Shown here: piece after piece, positions 1 through 9,264 of the stretch
How positions within the stretch are numbered: position 1 is the stretch's first letter
Layout of the letters: every line of letters starts with the position of its first letter
Assembly: GCA_964651705.1 (NCBI GenBank)
Contig: CAZYWZ010000016.1
Span: 967-64,966, forward strand
Origin: an uncultured Verrucomicrobiales bacterium
GTDB lineage: Bacteria > Verrucomicrobiota > Verrucomicrobiia > JADLBR01
Reading direction: 5' to 3'
DNA length: 64,000 nt
Made by a program: the position numbers and the translations under genes
The notes under the pieces: model-generated
The model's database searches: none
What the model was told of the DNA's origin: nothing
Seen by the model: the letters and a program-made list of their open reading frames with translations, nothing else

Positions 1-152
1 GCATCCGCTGCGTCGAACTGCTGCGCGAGACGCGCGGCGACCCCGAGGCGTGCCCGGCCATGCCCATCGCCGAGTGGGCCAAGGAGACCCCCGGCGGCTG
101 GAGGGACGTGCTGCCGCTGCTATCAAAGAAGAACGCCGCCAAGGGAGAGTGA
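1..152 (+). CDS. 3' end of an unidentified CDS (partial, runs off the left edge)
   Basis: Frame 3 is open from base 3 to TGA at 150-152 (IRCVELLRETRGDPEACPAMPIAEWAKETPGGWRDVLPLLSKKNAAKGE*). Third codon positions are G/C-rich like the neighbouring genes. No recognisable motif. Confidence 0.3.
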   Translation, partial: IRCVELLRETRGDPEACPAMPIAEWAKETPGGWRDVLPLLSKKNAAKGE

Positions 153-189
153 AAGGACTAGAACCGCAACCCGGCACTGGGAAACAGAA

Positions 190-1605
190 ATGAGACAGAC
201 CCTCGCCCTACTCGCCGCCCTGCTGCTAGCATCGGCAGCGTCCGCCGCCGGACGGCCAAACCTCATCCTCATCCTCGCCGATGACATGGGCTGGCGGGAT
301 GCCGCCTGCTTCGGCGGGACGGCGGTGCCCACGCCCGCCATCGATGGGCTCGCCGCTTCGGGCGTGAGGATGACGCGTTTCTATGCCGCCTCCGCCGTCT
401 GCACCCCCACGCGCGCCTCCATCCTGACGGGGCGCTATCCCCTGCGATTCGATATCCGCGGCCACTTCCCGGATGACGCCTCCCACCTGCCTCGCGGCAC
501 CATGACGCTCCCCGCCCTGCTCAAGCGGAACGGGTATCGCACCGCCCATGTCGGGAAGTGGCATCTCGGCGGCCTGCATGTGAGCCATGCGGAGAACCGC
601 GCCGCCGCCATCCCGGGGCCGCGCGAGCATGGCTTCGACCATTACCTCTGCCAGATCGAGGAGCAGCCCCTGCGGGGTCGCCTGGGCGCCGAGCGCCGCG
701 TCTACCGCGACGGCGGCACCTGCCTGCTGCGCGACGACCGGCGGGTGCCGGAGAGCGATCCGTATTTCTCCATGCACCTCACCGACATCATCGGCGCCGA
801 GGGCATCCGCCTCGTCGAGCAGTTCCACCGCGAGCAGAGGCCGTTCTTTCTCAACATCTGGCATCTCGTGCCCCACACGCCCTACGAGCCCGGCAGCGAG
901 CCGCACTGGACGCGTACCGCCGCCCCCGGCATCAGCGACGACCAGCACCGCTTCCGCTCGATGATGGCCCACATGGACGCCACGGTCGGCGCCCTGCTGC
1001 GCAAGCTCGACCAGCTCCGCCTGCGCGAGAGCACGCTCGTGATATTCACCAGCGACAACGGCGGCGCGTTCGAGGCCGACATCGGACCACTCAAGGGCGG
1101 CAAGACCGATCTCCACGAGGGTGGCATCCGCGTGCCCTTCGTCGCGAGCTGGCCCGGCCGGATCCCTGCCGGAGGCACCAGCACCGCCATCGGCAGCAGC
1201 ATCGACCTCCTGCCCACGTTCTGCGCCGCGGCCGGCGTGCCCGTGCCCGACGGGGCGCGGGTGGATGGCGTCAGCCTCCTGGGGCACTGGCGCGAAAGTG
1301 CGCCCGTGGAGCGCGCCGACCCGCTGTTCTGGCAGCTCGATCTTTACGCGAAGCTCCAGCGCCACTACCCCAAACCGAAGCCCCATGCCACCGAGGTCGC
1401 CATGGAGGGAAAATGGAAGCTCCTCTGCCGCGGGGCCGAACCCCTGGAGCTATTCGACCTCGATGCCGATCTCGCCGAGACGGCCAACCGGCTCGACACC
1501 CAGCCGGAGATAGTCGCCCGGCTCGCCCGCGGCGTGCGCGCCTTCCTCGATGCCCCGCGCGACTCCAGCGGCATCGCAAAAAGGAATGGCGGCAAAGGGG
1601 AATGA
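190..1605 (+). CDS. Secreted Cys-type (formylglycine-dependent) sulfatase, arylsulfatase A family
   Basis: Signal peptide MRQTLALLAALLLASAASAA. Motifs: metal site PNLILILADDMGW, FGly motif CTPTRASILTGRYP, GKWHLG, FTSDNGG, LHEGGIRVPF. Confidence 0.9.
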   Translation: MRQTLALLAALLLASAASAAGRPNLILILADDMGWRDAACFGGTAVPTPAIDGLAASGVRMTRFYAASAVCTPTRASILTGRYPLRFDIRGHFPDDASHLPRGTMTLPALLKRNGYRTAHVGKWHLGGLHVSHAENRAAAIPGPREHGFDHYLCQIEEQPLRGRLGAERRVYRDGGTCLLRDDRRVPESDPYFSMHLTDIIGAEGIRLVEQFHREQRPFFLNIWHLVPHTPYEPGSEPHWTRTAAPGISDDQHRFRSMMAHMDATVGALLRKLDQLRLRESTLVIFTSDNGGAFEADIGPLKGGKTDLHEGGIRVPFVASWPGRIPAGGTSTAIGSSIDLLPTFCAAAGVPVPDGARVDGVSLLGHWRESAPVERADPLFWQLDLYAKLQRHYPKPKPHATEVAMEGKWKLLCRGAEPLELFDLDADLAETANRLDTQPEIVARLARGVRAFLDAPRDSSGIAKRNGGKGE

Positions 1606-1692
1606 GAAAACGGGGGCGGCAAGCTCATCAAGCACGAGTGCATTGCGATGTAAACGAAGGAACAACAAACCAATAAAATCACCGAGATCACC

Positions 1693-2841
1693 ATGAAACG
1701 AAGATCCTTTCTGCAAACCTTGGCCGGGGCGGCGCTTGGCGGCGGCCTCGCGGGCAGTTCCCGAGCCGCGGGGGCGATCGCCGTCCCGTCTTATCTGAAA
1801 AAGTATGCGGGCCAATATGCCGCGGACCCGCGCGGGGCCGCGCTGCGGTGGTTCCGCGAGGCGAAGTTCGGCCTGTTCCTGCATTACGGCCTCTACTCGC
1901 TGCTGGGGCGCCACGAGTGGGTCCAGTTGCGCGAGAAAATCCCGGTGGCCGAATACGCCAAGCTCAAGGACCGCTTCACCGCGGAGAAGTTTGACGCGGA
2001 CCGCATCACCGATCTCGCGCTGGAGGCGGAGATGCGCTACGTGAACATCACCACCCGCCACCACGACAGCTTCTGCCTATTCGCCACCCGGCAGACCGAT
2101 TTCCACAGCGGCAACAGCCCGGCCAAGCGCGATCTCGTGGGCGAGTTGGCGGCGGCCTGCCAGAAGAAGGGACTCGGGCTGTGCCTCTACTACTCCCACG
2201 GGCGGGACTGGAAACACCCGCACGCGCCCAACAACGACGGGTGGGGTGGCAAGGCGCGCCCGGAGTACGACCCGCCGGAACCCTCCTACGCCTACGGCAA
2301 AGACCACGACCTGCAGAAATACCTGGACTTCATGAGCGCCCAGATCACCGAGCTGCTGACCAACTACGGCCCCATCGCCGCGATCTGGTTGGACGGCATC
2401 GGGGTGCCCCTGACTGGCGACCGCGCCAAGTTCAAGTGCCAGGAGCTCTACGACCTCGTCCACCGCCTGCAGCCGCAGGTGCTGGTCTCCTACAAGCAGG
2501 GCCTGCTCGGCACCGAGGACTTCTTCGCGCCGGAACACAAGGCCGTCGAGAATCCTTCCGGCAAACCGATGGAGATCTGCTCCACGCTCCAGGAGAAGAG
2601 CTGGGGCTACAACACGCAAGCCCGCCACATCAGCACGGATGAGGCCTGGGACAAATTGTCCACCGCCGGGGCCGTCCCCGCCAACCTGCTCTTGAACAGC
2701 GGCCCCCTGCTGGACGGAGCCATCCCGCCCGAGCACGCCCAGGTGCTGCAAGAAATGGGCCAGCGCATCCGCGCGCAGGGTTATCCCGCCAAACATGTTC
2801 CCTCGGAGGCTCCACCCTCGCGCCAGAACAAGAACCGATAA
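1693..2841 (+). CDS. GH29 alpha-L-fucosidase with a twin-arginine leader
   Basis: Leader MKRRSFLQTLAGAALGGG. GH29 blocks AKFGLFLHYGLYSLLG, YVNITTRHHDSFCLF, GLCLYYSHGRDW, IAAIWLDG, NLLLNSGPLLDGAIP. Confidence 0.85.
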   Translation: MKRRSFLQTLAGAALGGGLAGSSRAAGAIAVPSYLKKYAGQYAADPRGAALRWFREAKFGLFLHYGLYSLLGRHEWVQLREKIPVAEYAKLKDRFTAEKFDADRITDLALEAEMRYVNITTRHHDSFCLFATRQTDFHSGNSPAKRDLVGELAAACQKKGLGLCLYYSHGRDWKHPHAPNNDGWGGKARPEYDPPEPSYAYGKDHDLQKYLDFMSAQITELLTNYGPIAAIWLDGIGVPLTGDRAKFKCQELYDLVHRLQPQVLVSYKQGLLGTEDFFAPEHKAVENPSGKPMEICSTLQEKSWGYNTQARHISTDEAWDKLSTAGAVPANLLLNSGPLLDGAIPPEHAQVLQEMGQRIRAQGYPAKHVPSEAPPSRQNKNR

Positions 2842-2857
2842 ACGCGAAGAGCCCACC

Positions 2858-4639
2858 ATGCGAAGCACCATCCACCTCCTCCCCGCCCTGCTGCTGATGG
2901 CATCGGGCAGGCCGGCCGCCGCCGATCTCCCCGATTGGTTCGAGGCCAACCGCGTGCAGGCGCACTGCGAGATGTTCCGCATGCAAGATGAAAGTGGTGG
3001 GCTGCACCTGCACAAGCCGATCGCCGATCTCGGGGCCAAGGCGGTTACCCTGATCGTGGACAACCGGGAGGAAGGCGCCTGGTGGCCCAGCGCGGTGGGC
3101 GAGACGCACCCGCTTGCAGCGAACCGAGATGTGGCGCGCGAGATCGTCGAAAGCGTGCATCGCAACGGCATGAAGTGCATCGGCTATTATCGCTACATGT
3201 CGGATGCGTGGGCGGAACGGGAACACCCCGGATGGCTCTGCCGCGATGCCGCCGGCCAGCCGGTCGGCGAGCCGCGCGCGCGAAAGGCGCGGAATCCCAT
3301 TCACGTGCTGTGCGCCAATTCGCCCTATCGCGACTTCGTGAAGACCCGGCTCCGCGAGCTCGCCCAACGCGGCATCGACATGATCTACTTCGATTCCTGG
3401 CACATGCCGGAGGTCTGCACCTGCCAGTTTTGCAGGGCGAAATTCGAGGCCGAAACCGGCCGGCCCTTCCCGCTCAATCTCGAGGCTTCCGGCTTTGTGT
3501 CGCGGAGCCTGGTGCAGGCATTCACCGAATGGCGCGATGCCGCGAGGGAGATCAATCCCTCCATCCGGTTCGCCATCGGGAGTTCACTCTATCCGGTGTT
3601 TCTGGGGCAGCCGCAACTGACGGCGGATTTCCTGGCCATAGCCGACACATCCAAGACGGAGTTCAACAAGCCTTTTGGCGGCGGCATGGCCATGCTCAAG
3701 CGACTCAAACTCGACGGGGTTGCCCCGCCCGCGTTCGATATCCAGACGGCGCTTGGGTGGAGCCTGGTGCGCGATTCCTCCGGCGGGCGGCCTCCGCTCA
3801 TGTGGATCCCGCACTTGAAGACGGAGGAGGATGCGCTGCGCGCCTCCGCGGCGGCGTATTCCTGGGGGTGCGTGGCCAGCATGGCGGTCAGCGACATCGC
3901 CGCCGCCCACTCGCTTTTCTCCAGCAGTTTCGCCAATGGTGCGCGGGTCTCGCCCGCGCTGGCCGGGACCCGGCCCTACGGCTGGGCGGCCGTCCACATC
4001 AGCGAGGGTGCACGCAACCGGCGCCTCAATGACATTTCGGCCCTCTGGAAGGACGTGATCGCCCCGGCGCTCGGATCCTTCGAGGCGCTGGTGCGGGAGC
4101 ATGTTCCCGTTGTCACCCTGAATGACCGACAGATGGCGGGTGCCATTCCGGACATGACGCGCGTGCTGGTGCTGGCCTCGCCCGATGAGTTGACGGCTGC
4201 CCAGCAGGAAGCGCTTGGAAAGTGGGCACAGACGGGAGGCATTGTCGTCCGCGCTGAGCCCGGACAGGACTGGCATACGGCCGATGGCAAATCCTCCCAG
4301 ATGCAGGCGCTGTGGGCGAAGATCCAGGCACAGGCCGGCGAATCCCCCGTCCGCATCAACGGGCCGCCCCACATGCACGCCGTGTGCTTCCGCCACCCGC
4401 AGGGGAAAAGTTTCGTCGTCACCCTCGTCAACGCCTGGGACGACTACGAGGCGGAAGACCGGTCCCCGAAGCCCGCGACATGCAAGAACGTCCGCATCAC
4501 GTTAGACCGGGATTTCTTTCCCGCCCTGACGGCAACCGAACTGTTGACCGGCAAAAACCTCCCCGCGAACCAGAAGGGGCCGCTGGCTGTCGACGTCCCG
4601 GATTTCGACATCAACCGGTGCGTGGTGTTCGGCCCCTGA
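2858..4639 (+). CDS. Secreted hypothetical protein, possible TIM-barrel glycosidase-like fold (GHL6/GH42-like) with a GH42M-like middle domain
   Basis: ATG at 2858 gives the signal peptide MRSTIHLLPALLLMASGRPAAA, and the ORF-track start at 2795 overlaps the upstream gene. The segment MKCIGYYRYMSDAW...IDMIYFDSWHMPEVCTCQFCRAKFEAETG resembles hypothetical glycosyl-hydrolase TIM barrels. RVLVLASPDELTAAQQEALGKWAQTGGIVV resembles the GH42 trimerisation/GATase-like module. Family assignment is by eye only. Confidence 0.45.
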   Translation: MRSTIHLLPALLLMASGRPAAADLPDWFEANRVQAHCEMFRMQDESGGLHLHKPIADLGAKAVTLIVDNREEGAWWPSAVGETHPLAANRDVAREIVESVHRNGMKCIGYYRYMSDAWAEREHPGWLCRDAAGQPVGEPRARKARNPIHVLCANSPYRDFVKTRLRELAQRGIDMIYFDSWHMPEVCTCQFCRAKFEAETGRPFPLNLEASGFVSRSLVQAFTEWRDAAREINPSIRFAIGSSLYPVFLGQPQLTADFLAIADTSKTEFNKPFGGGMAMLKRLKLDGVAPPAFDIQTALGWSLVRDSSGGRPPLMWIPHLKTEEDALRASAAAYSWGCVASMAVSDIAAAHSLFSSSFANGARVSPALAGTRPYGWAAVHISEGARNRRLNDISALWKDVIAPALGSFEALVREHVPVVTLNDRQMAGAIPDMTRVLVLASPDELTAAQQEALGKWAQTGGIVVRAEPGQDWHTADGKSSQMQALWAKIQAQAGESPVRINGPPHMHAVCFRHPQGKSFVVTLVNAWDDYEAEDRSPKPATCKNVRITLDRDFFPALTATELLTGKNLPANQKGPLAVDVPDFDINRCVVFGP

Positions 4640-4655
4640 ACATCTGAATTGGGAT

Positions 4656-7600
4656 GTGAAGATGAACAGAATCCAAATCCTTCCATGTGCTGCTCTGCTG
4701 CTCGCGCCGCTGGCCGCGCTGCCCGCCGCCGATGCGCCGCAACCCAAACCCAACATCGTCTTCATCTTCGCCGACGACTGGGGCTGGGGCGATCTCTCCT
4801 GCCATGGCAGCACCTGGCTGCAGACCCCCAACCTCGACCGCCTGGCCGGCGAGGGGATGGACTTTGCGCAGTTCAACGTGCTCAACCCGGTCTGCTCGCC
4901 GAGCAGGGCCGGCGTGATGACCGGGCGCTACCCCGCCCGGTATTCCATCCACCAGCATTTCGCCTCGCCAGACTCGAACCGCGAGCGCGGCATGCCCGAC
5001 TGGCTCGACCCGAGGGCACCATCCCTGCCGCGCATCCTGAAGCAGGCGGGATACCGCACCGGCCATTTCGGCAAGTGGCACCTGACCAACCGCGAGACGC
5101 TGGGCGCGCCGCTTCCCGAGGCCTACGGATATGACGAAGCCAAGGTCTTCAATGGGGGCGCCGGGTGGCCGTCGGCGGGCGTGCACGAGACCGCGGACGA
5201 CACCGTCGCCTTCATCAAGGCCAGCGCCGGGCGCCCGTTCTTCATCAACGTCTGGCTGCACGAGAGCCACACGCCGCACCAGCCCACGGAGGCCTCCATG
5301 GCGCGCTGGAAGCACCTCGACGAGCAGAAACAGGTCTATGCCGCCGTCATCACCGATGGCGACAACGCCGTGGGAAAAATCCTCGACGCGCTCGAGGAAG
5401 CCGGGGTGGAGCAGAGCACGCTAGTCCTCTTTTCCAGCGACAACGGCCCCGAGCATACCGGCAAGAAAAGGGGCGCCTTAGTCACCGATGCGCACGCGAA
5501 CGTCCGCGGCTACGACACCTGGTGCAGCGTGGGCGAGACCGGCGGCTTGCGGGGCCGCAAGCGCAGCTTGTTCGAGGGCGGGGTGCGCGTGCCCTTCCTA
5601 GTCCGCTGGCCCGGCCATGCGCCCGCCGGAGCGAAGAACGACAGCACCGTGTTCACCGGCGTGGACCTGCTGCCCACGCTATGCGCCGCGGCGGGCATTG
5701 AATTGACTGCGGATGATCGGGGAGATGGCGAGAACCTGCTGGAGGCACTGCACGGCAAACCGGTGCAGCGGACCCGCCCCATCTTCTGGCAATGGACCGG
5801 CTTTGGCGGCGAGCCCGACTGGTGGCCGCGGCTGGCCGTGCGCGACGGCGACTGGAAGCTGCTGCTCGACCCGGAGAAGGACCGGGCAGAACTCTACCGG
5901 CTGACGGACGACCGCGCCGAATCCAGAGATCTGGCCAAGGAAGAGCCGGAACGGGTGACCCGGCTCCGCCGCATGGCCCAGGAATGGAAAGCCACCCTGC
6001 CGCAAGGGCCCGACCCGGCCTGCATCGGGAAAGCGGCGACGGCGGACGCGCAGCCCCCGGGTGACGAGTTCGACCGCAAGGCCGCCGGGCTTTTCCACAA
6101 GACGTTCTTCGCCCATCCCTGGAACGAGACGGAGCACACCGTCGAGGGGGAGGACTGGTCCCTGCCTGACTGGGTCAAGCCCGCGCCCTACAGCGGCGTA
6201 CAGATTGGCGAAACGCTGGTGGGCCCGGAGTTCCCAGGCCGCATCCAGAAGGCGGTGACCGTTTCCTGGCGCCAAATCGAAGCCACGGAAGGCATGTTCG
6301 ATTTCGCCGCCCTGCGCCAAAAGATCCTGGAGACGAGCCAGCGGGGGAAGTACGCCGTGAAGCTGAGCCTGCCGGCCTCGGTCTGGGAGACGCGCTACTT
6401 CGTCAGCCTGGAGGATCGCGCGCTGCGGAAAACCGAGGAAGGCACGGCGCCTCTCTGGCTCAGCCAATACGGCATCCCCATCCGGGAAGAGACGCCGAAC
6501 CGCTCGATCCCGTTCCAGGTGGTCAACCTGGACATCTACCACCCGGAATATCATCGGCGCTACCTCCGGCTGGTGGAGGCGTTCGGCGGGAGCGGCATCC
6601 CCCAGATGCGGGAACTGGACCTCTGCTACCTGCACCTGGTCTCCCCCTCGCGCGGCGAGGAGGGGGATGGGCCGCCCCCCGGTGACCCGCGGCGCCCGCT
6701 CTTCGAGCAGCGGCTCCGCGCGTGGGCGGATGCTTTCCGCGGGGTGACCTACAAGCTGTGCCTGGTCTCCGGCAAGCCGGACGATCTGCAGCTGGCCTTC
6801 CAGCTCGGCATGGGCCAGCGCAACGGCTTCGTCGAGCACTACCTCACCCATGCGCCCAACCCGGCCCTGGGCCAGCTCGTGGACGAGGAAGGCTACCTGG
6901 TGGCCGACGAGACTTGCCCGCTGATCGCCGAAAACCGCGCCTCGGGGGACGAGAACGAGGAATACACCAAGGCCCACGTGGCGCGCTTTGGCCCCATCGA
7001 GACCTTCCCCCACCGCTACCGCGAGTCCACCCTGCGCATGCTGCAGATGCGGCGCAACTTCGTCTGGGCCGAGGGCGGTCCCTGGCTCATCAACCCGCCC
7101 CTGCTGCACTACCTGACCATGGAGCTCAGCCAAACCGTCCGCACCGCCCCAGATGCCTGGTGTTACCTGCGGGAAAGCACCCTCAAGGGGGGGCGCGACG
7201 GGCGGGCGGTGAAGAATTTCGAGCGCTGGCTCTACCAGCGCGACGCGGACGGCGCGCGCACCGAAGCGACCGCCAGGGTGGAGGTGCCGGACCAGATGTT
7301 CGAGTTCCACCCGGACCACCGCTACGATTGCACCGCCCGCAAGACCCGGTCGGCCGAGGGGGAAACCCGCATCCGATTGGCCCTGGACGACGCCTTCCTG
7401 GCGGGCGGACCGCACCGGGTGGCGGTGAAGATCACCTATCTGGACTGCGACCATGCCAAGTGGCAACTCGAGCACCTTGCCGCCGGCGGGCAAAGGGCGG
7501 CGCGCGAAGTGATCTGCGGCAATACCGGGACAGCAAAAACGGTCACCTTCCTCCTGAATGGCGCGTTCTTCCCCGAGACCGGATTTCGCGGTGCCGACCT

Positions 7601-7712
7601 GATCATCCGCGCGGTGCAGGGGGATGCCACCATTCGCCTGGTGCGCGTGATCAAACTGGATCCCCCGCCCGCGCATCCGGGCCAACTTGGGCCTTCGGCA
7701 ACCAACCCGTGA
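4656..7712 (+). CDS. Fusion protein: N-terminal Cys-type sulfatase (about nt 4656-6000) plus a roughly 570-aa C-terminal domain of unknown function (possible TIM-barrel glycosidase-like)
   Basis: Signal peptide, then PNIVFIFADDWGWGD, CSPSRAGVMTGRYP, GKWHL, FSSDNGPE, FEGGVRVPF. After the sulfatase tail (RVTRLRRMAQEWKATLP) the frame stays open for about 570 aa, including VSWRQIEATEGMFDFAALRQKILE, a GH42/GH35-style W-x-x-x-E-P-x-E-G-x-Y-D-F-like block. The start may be GTG 4656 or ATG 4662. Confidence 0.85.
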   Translation: MKMNRIQILPCAALLLAPLAALPAADAPQPKPNIVFIFADDWGWGDLSCHGSTWLQTPNLDRLAGEGMDFAQFNVLNPVCSPSRAGVMTGRYPARYSIHQHFASPDSNRERGMPDWLDPRAPSLPRILKQAGYRTGHFGKWHLTNRETLGAPLPEAYGYDEAKVFNGGAGWPSAGVHETADDTVAFIKASAGRPFFINVWLHESHTPHQPTEASMARWKHLDEQKQVYAAVITDGDNAVGKILDALEEAGVEQSTLVLFSSDNGPEHTGKKRGALVTDAHANVRGYDTWCSVGETGGLRGRKRSLFEGGVRVPFLVRWPGHAPAGAKNDSTVFTGVDLLPTLCAAAGIELTADDRGDGENLLEALHGKPVQRTRPIFWQWTGFGGEPDWWPRLAVRDGDWKLLLDPEKDRAELYRLTDDRAESRDLAKEEPERVTRLRRMAQEWKATLPQGPDPACIGKAATADAQPPGDEFDRKAAGLFHKTFFAHPWNETEHTVEGEDWSLPDWVKPAPYSGVQIGETLVGPEFPGRIQKAVTVSWRQIEATEGMFDFAALRQKILETSQRGKYAVKLSLPASVWETRYFVSLEDRALRKTEEGTAPLWLSQYGIPIREETPNRSIPFQVVNLDIYHPEYHRRYLRLVEAFGGSGIPQMRELDLCYLHLVSPSRGEEGDGPPPGDPRRPLFEQRLRAWADAFRGVTYKLCLVSGKPDDLQLAFQLGMGQRNGFVEHYLTHAPNPALGQLVDEEGYLVADETCPLIAENRASGDENEEYTKAHVARFGPIETFPHRYRESTLRMLQMRRNFVWAEGGPWLINPPLLHYLTMELSQTVRTAPDAWCYLRESTLKGGRDGRAVKNFERWLYQRDADGARTEATARVEVPDQMFEFHPDHRYDCTARKTRSAEGETRIRLALDDAFLAGGPHRVAVKITYLDCDHAKWQLEHLAAGGQRAAREVICGNTGTAKTVTFLLNGAFFPETGFRGADLIIRAVQGDATIRLVRVIKLDPPPAHPGQLGPSATNP

Positions 7713-7728
7713 GCGCAAAAGCACAGCC

Positions 7729-9243
7729 ATGATCTCAACCCATGTCATCACCCTGCTGCTGGCCGCATGCGCGATCTCCGCCGCCGAGCCGCCGCCGTCG
7801 CGGCCCAACATCGTGGTGATGGTCGCCGACGACCTCGGCTGGGGCGATGTGGGCTGCTATGGCGCCACCCGAATCAAGACGCCATACATCGACCGGCTCG
7901 CCGGCGAAGGCGTGCGCTTCACCGACGCCCACGCGCCGGCCGCCGTCTGCCAGCCGTCGCGCTACGCCATCCTCAGCGGAGCCTACTTCATGCGCGCCAA
8001 GCGCCAGGGCCAGCAGCAACTCTACTTCCACGAGGGCCAGGTCACCCTGCCGTCGTTGCTGAAGGGTGCCGGCTACCGCACCGCCGCCATCGGCAAATGG
8101 CACCTCGGCTTCGGCCGCGGCGCGGAGCCGGACTACAACGCCGAACTCAAGCCGGGGCCGCTGGAGGTCGGCTTCGATGATTTCTTCGGCTGCCCGCGCA
8201 CCCACAACGAGCCGCCCTACGTGTTCGTGGAAAACCGCCGCATGGTCGGCGCCGATCCCGCCGATCCGATCCGCATCGTGCCCCACGACGAGGTGGTCCG
8301 GCGCGGGCTGAAGGACTTCAACTGGGGAATCAGCGAGGGCGCGGCGAAGGCGCACGCGGCGCGGCCGGTGGACCGCATCGACCTCATCCTCGCCGACAAG
8401 GCCGCCCAGTGGCTCGCGCGGGAGAGCGATGCGCCCTTCTTTCTCTACCTCGCGTTCCTCGCGCCGCACGTGCCCATCGCCCCCGCGAAGGAGTTCCAGG
8501 GCACCAGTCAGGCCGGCCGCTACGGCGATTTCATCCAGCAACTCGACGCCTGCGTCGGCAGGGTCCTCGACGCCCTGAAAGCGCGAGGCCTCGCCGACGA
8601 CACGCTGGTGTTTTTCACCAGCGACAACGGCGGCGTGCTCCACGGCGACGCCATCGCCGCCGGCCATCGCGCCAACGGCCCGTTGCTCGGCCAGAAAACC
8701 GACGCCTGGGAGGCGGGCCATCGCGTGCCGTTCATCGCGCGCTGGCCGGGCCGCATCCCCGGCGGCTCGCGATGCGACCGGCTGTTGGGGCTGAACGACC
8801 TCATGGCCACCATCGCCGCCGCCGCAAACGTCTCCGTCCCCGCCGGTGCCGCGCCCGATAGCCTCAACCAACTGCCCGCGCTCACCGACCCCGCCAATGC
8901 GCCCGCCATCCGCCGCGAGATGCTCGCGCAAGGCACGGGCGGTTACGCGTTGCGGCAAGGCGACTGGGCCTATCTGCCGAAACAGGGTTCGTGCGGCATG
9001 ACGGTGCAAGTGCCCGCGGGAAAGCCGTGGGGCCTGCCGTATGAGCAGCTGGGCCTGCGCAACAGCGACATCGATGGGCGGGGCAAGATCAAACCCAGCG
9101 CGCCACCCGCGCAGCTCTATAACCTCCGCGACGACCTGTCGCAGACGACAAACCGTCTCGGCGACGAACCCGACACCGCCAGGCGCCTCGCCGCGCGCAT
9201 GGAAGAGCTGGTGCCAAAGCCGAAACGGCCAGGAAAGAAATGA
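7729..9243 (+). CDS. Secreted Cys-type sulfatase
   Basis: ATG 7729 gives MISTHVITLLLAACAISAAEPP. Motifs: PNIVVMVADDLGWGD, CQPSRYAILSGAY, GKWHLGFG, FTSDNGG, WEAGHRVPFIARWPG. Confidence 0.9.
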   Translation: MISTHVITLLLAACAISAAEPPPSRPNIVVMVADDLGWGDVGCYGATRIKTPYIDRLAGEGVRFTDAHAPAAVCQPSRYAILSGAYFMRAKRQGQQQLYFHEGQVTLPSLLKGAGYRTAAIGKWHLGFGRGAEPDYNAELKPGPLEVGFDDFFGCPRTHNEPPYVFVENRRMVGADPADPIRIVPHDEVVRRGLKDFNWGISEGAAKAHAARPVDRIDLILADKAAQWLARESDAPFFLYLAFLAPHVPIAPAKEFQGTSQAGRYGDFIQQLDACVGRVLDALKARGLADDTLVFFTSDNGGVLHGDAIAAGHRANGPLLGQKTDAWEAGHRVPFIARWPGRIPGGSRCDRLLGLNDLMATIAAAANVSVPAGAAPDSLNQLPALTDPANAPAIRREMLAQGTGGYALRQGDWAYLPKQGSCGMTVQVPAGKPWGLPYEQLGLRNSDIDGRGKIKPSAPPAQLYNLRDDLSQTTNRLGDEPDTARRLAARMEELVPKPKRPGKK

Positions 9244-9264
9244 CCGCCGCCAAAGATCCCCGCC

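Noticed and set aside
5679-7811. 710-aa minus-strand ORF, and similar long antisense ORFs at 226-1386, 7735-9633, 12904-14712, 23581-25794, 30281-32488, 36538-38382 (+) and 38404-40485 (+)
   Set aside because: All lie opposite genes with strong family motifs, have low-complexity Arg/Ala/Gly/Pro-rich translations, and lack signal peptides or motifs. They are consistent with stop-codon depletion in high-GC sequence.
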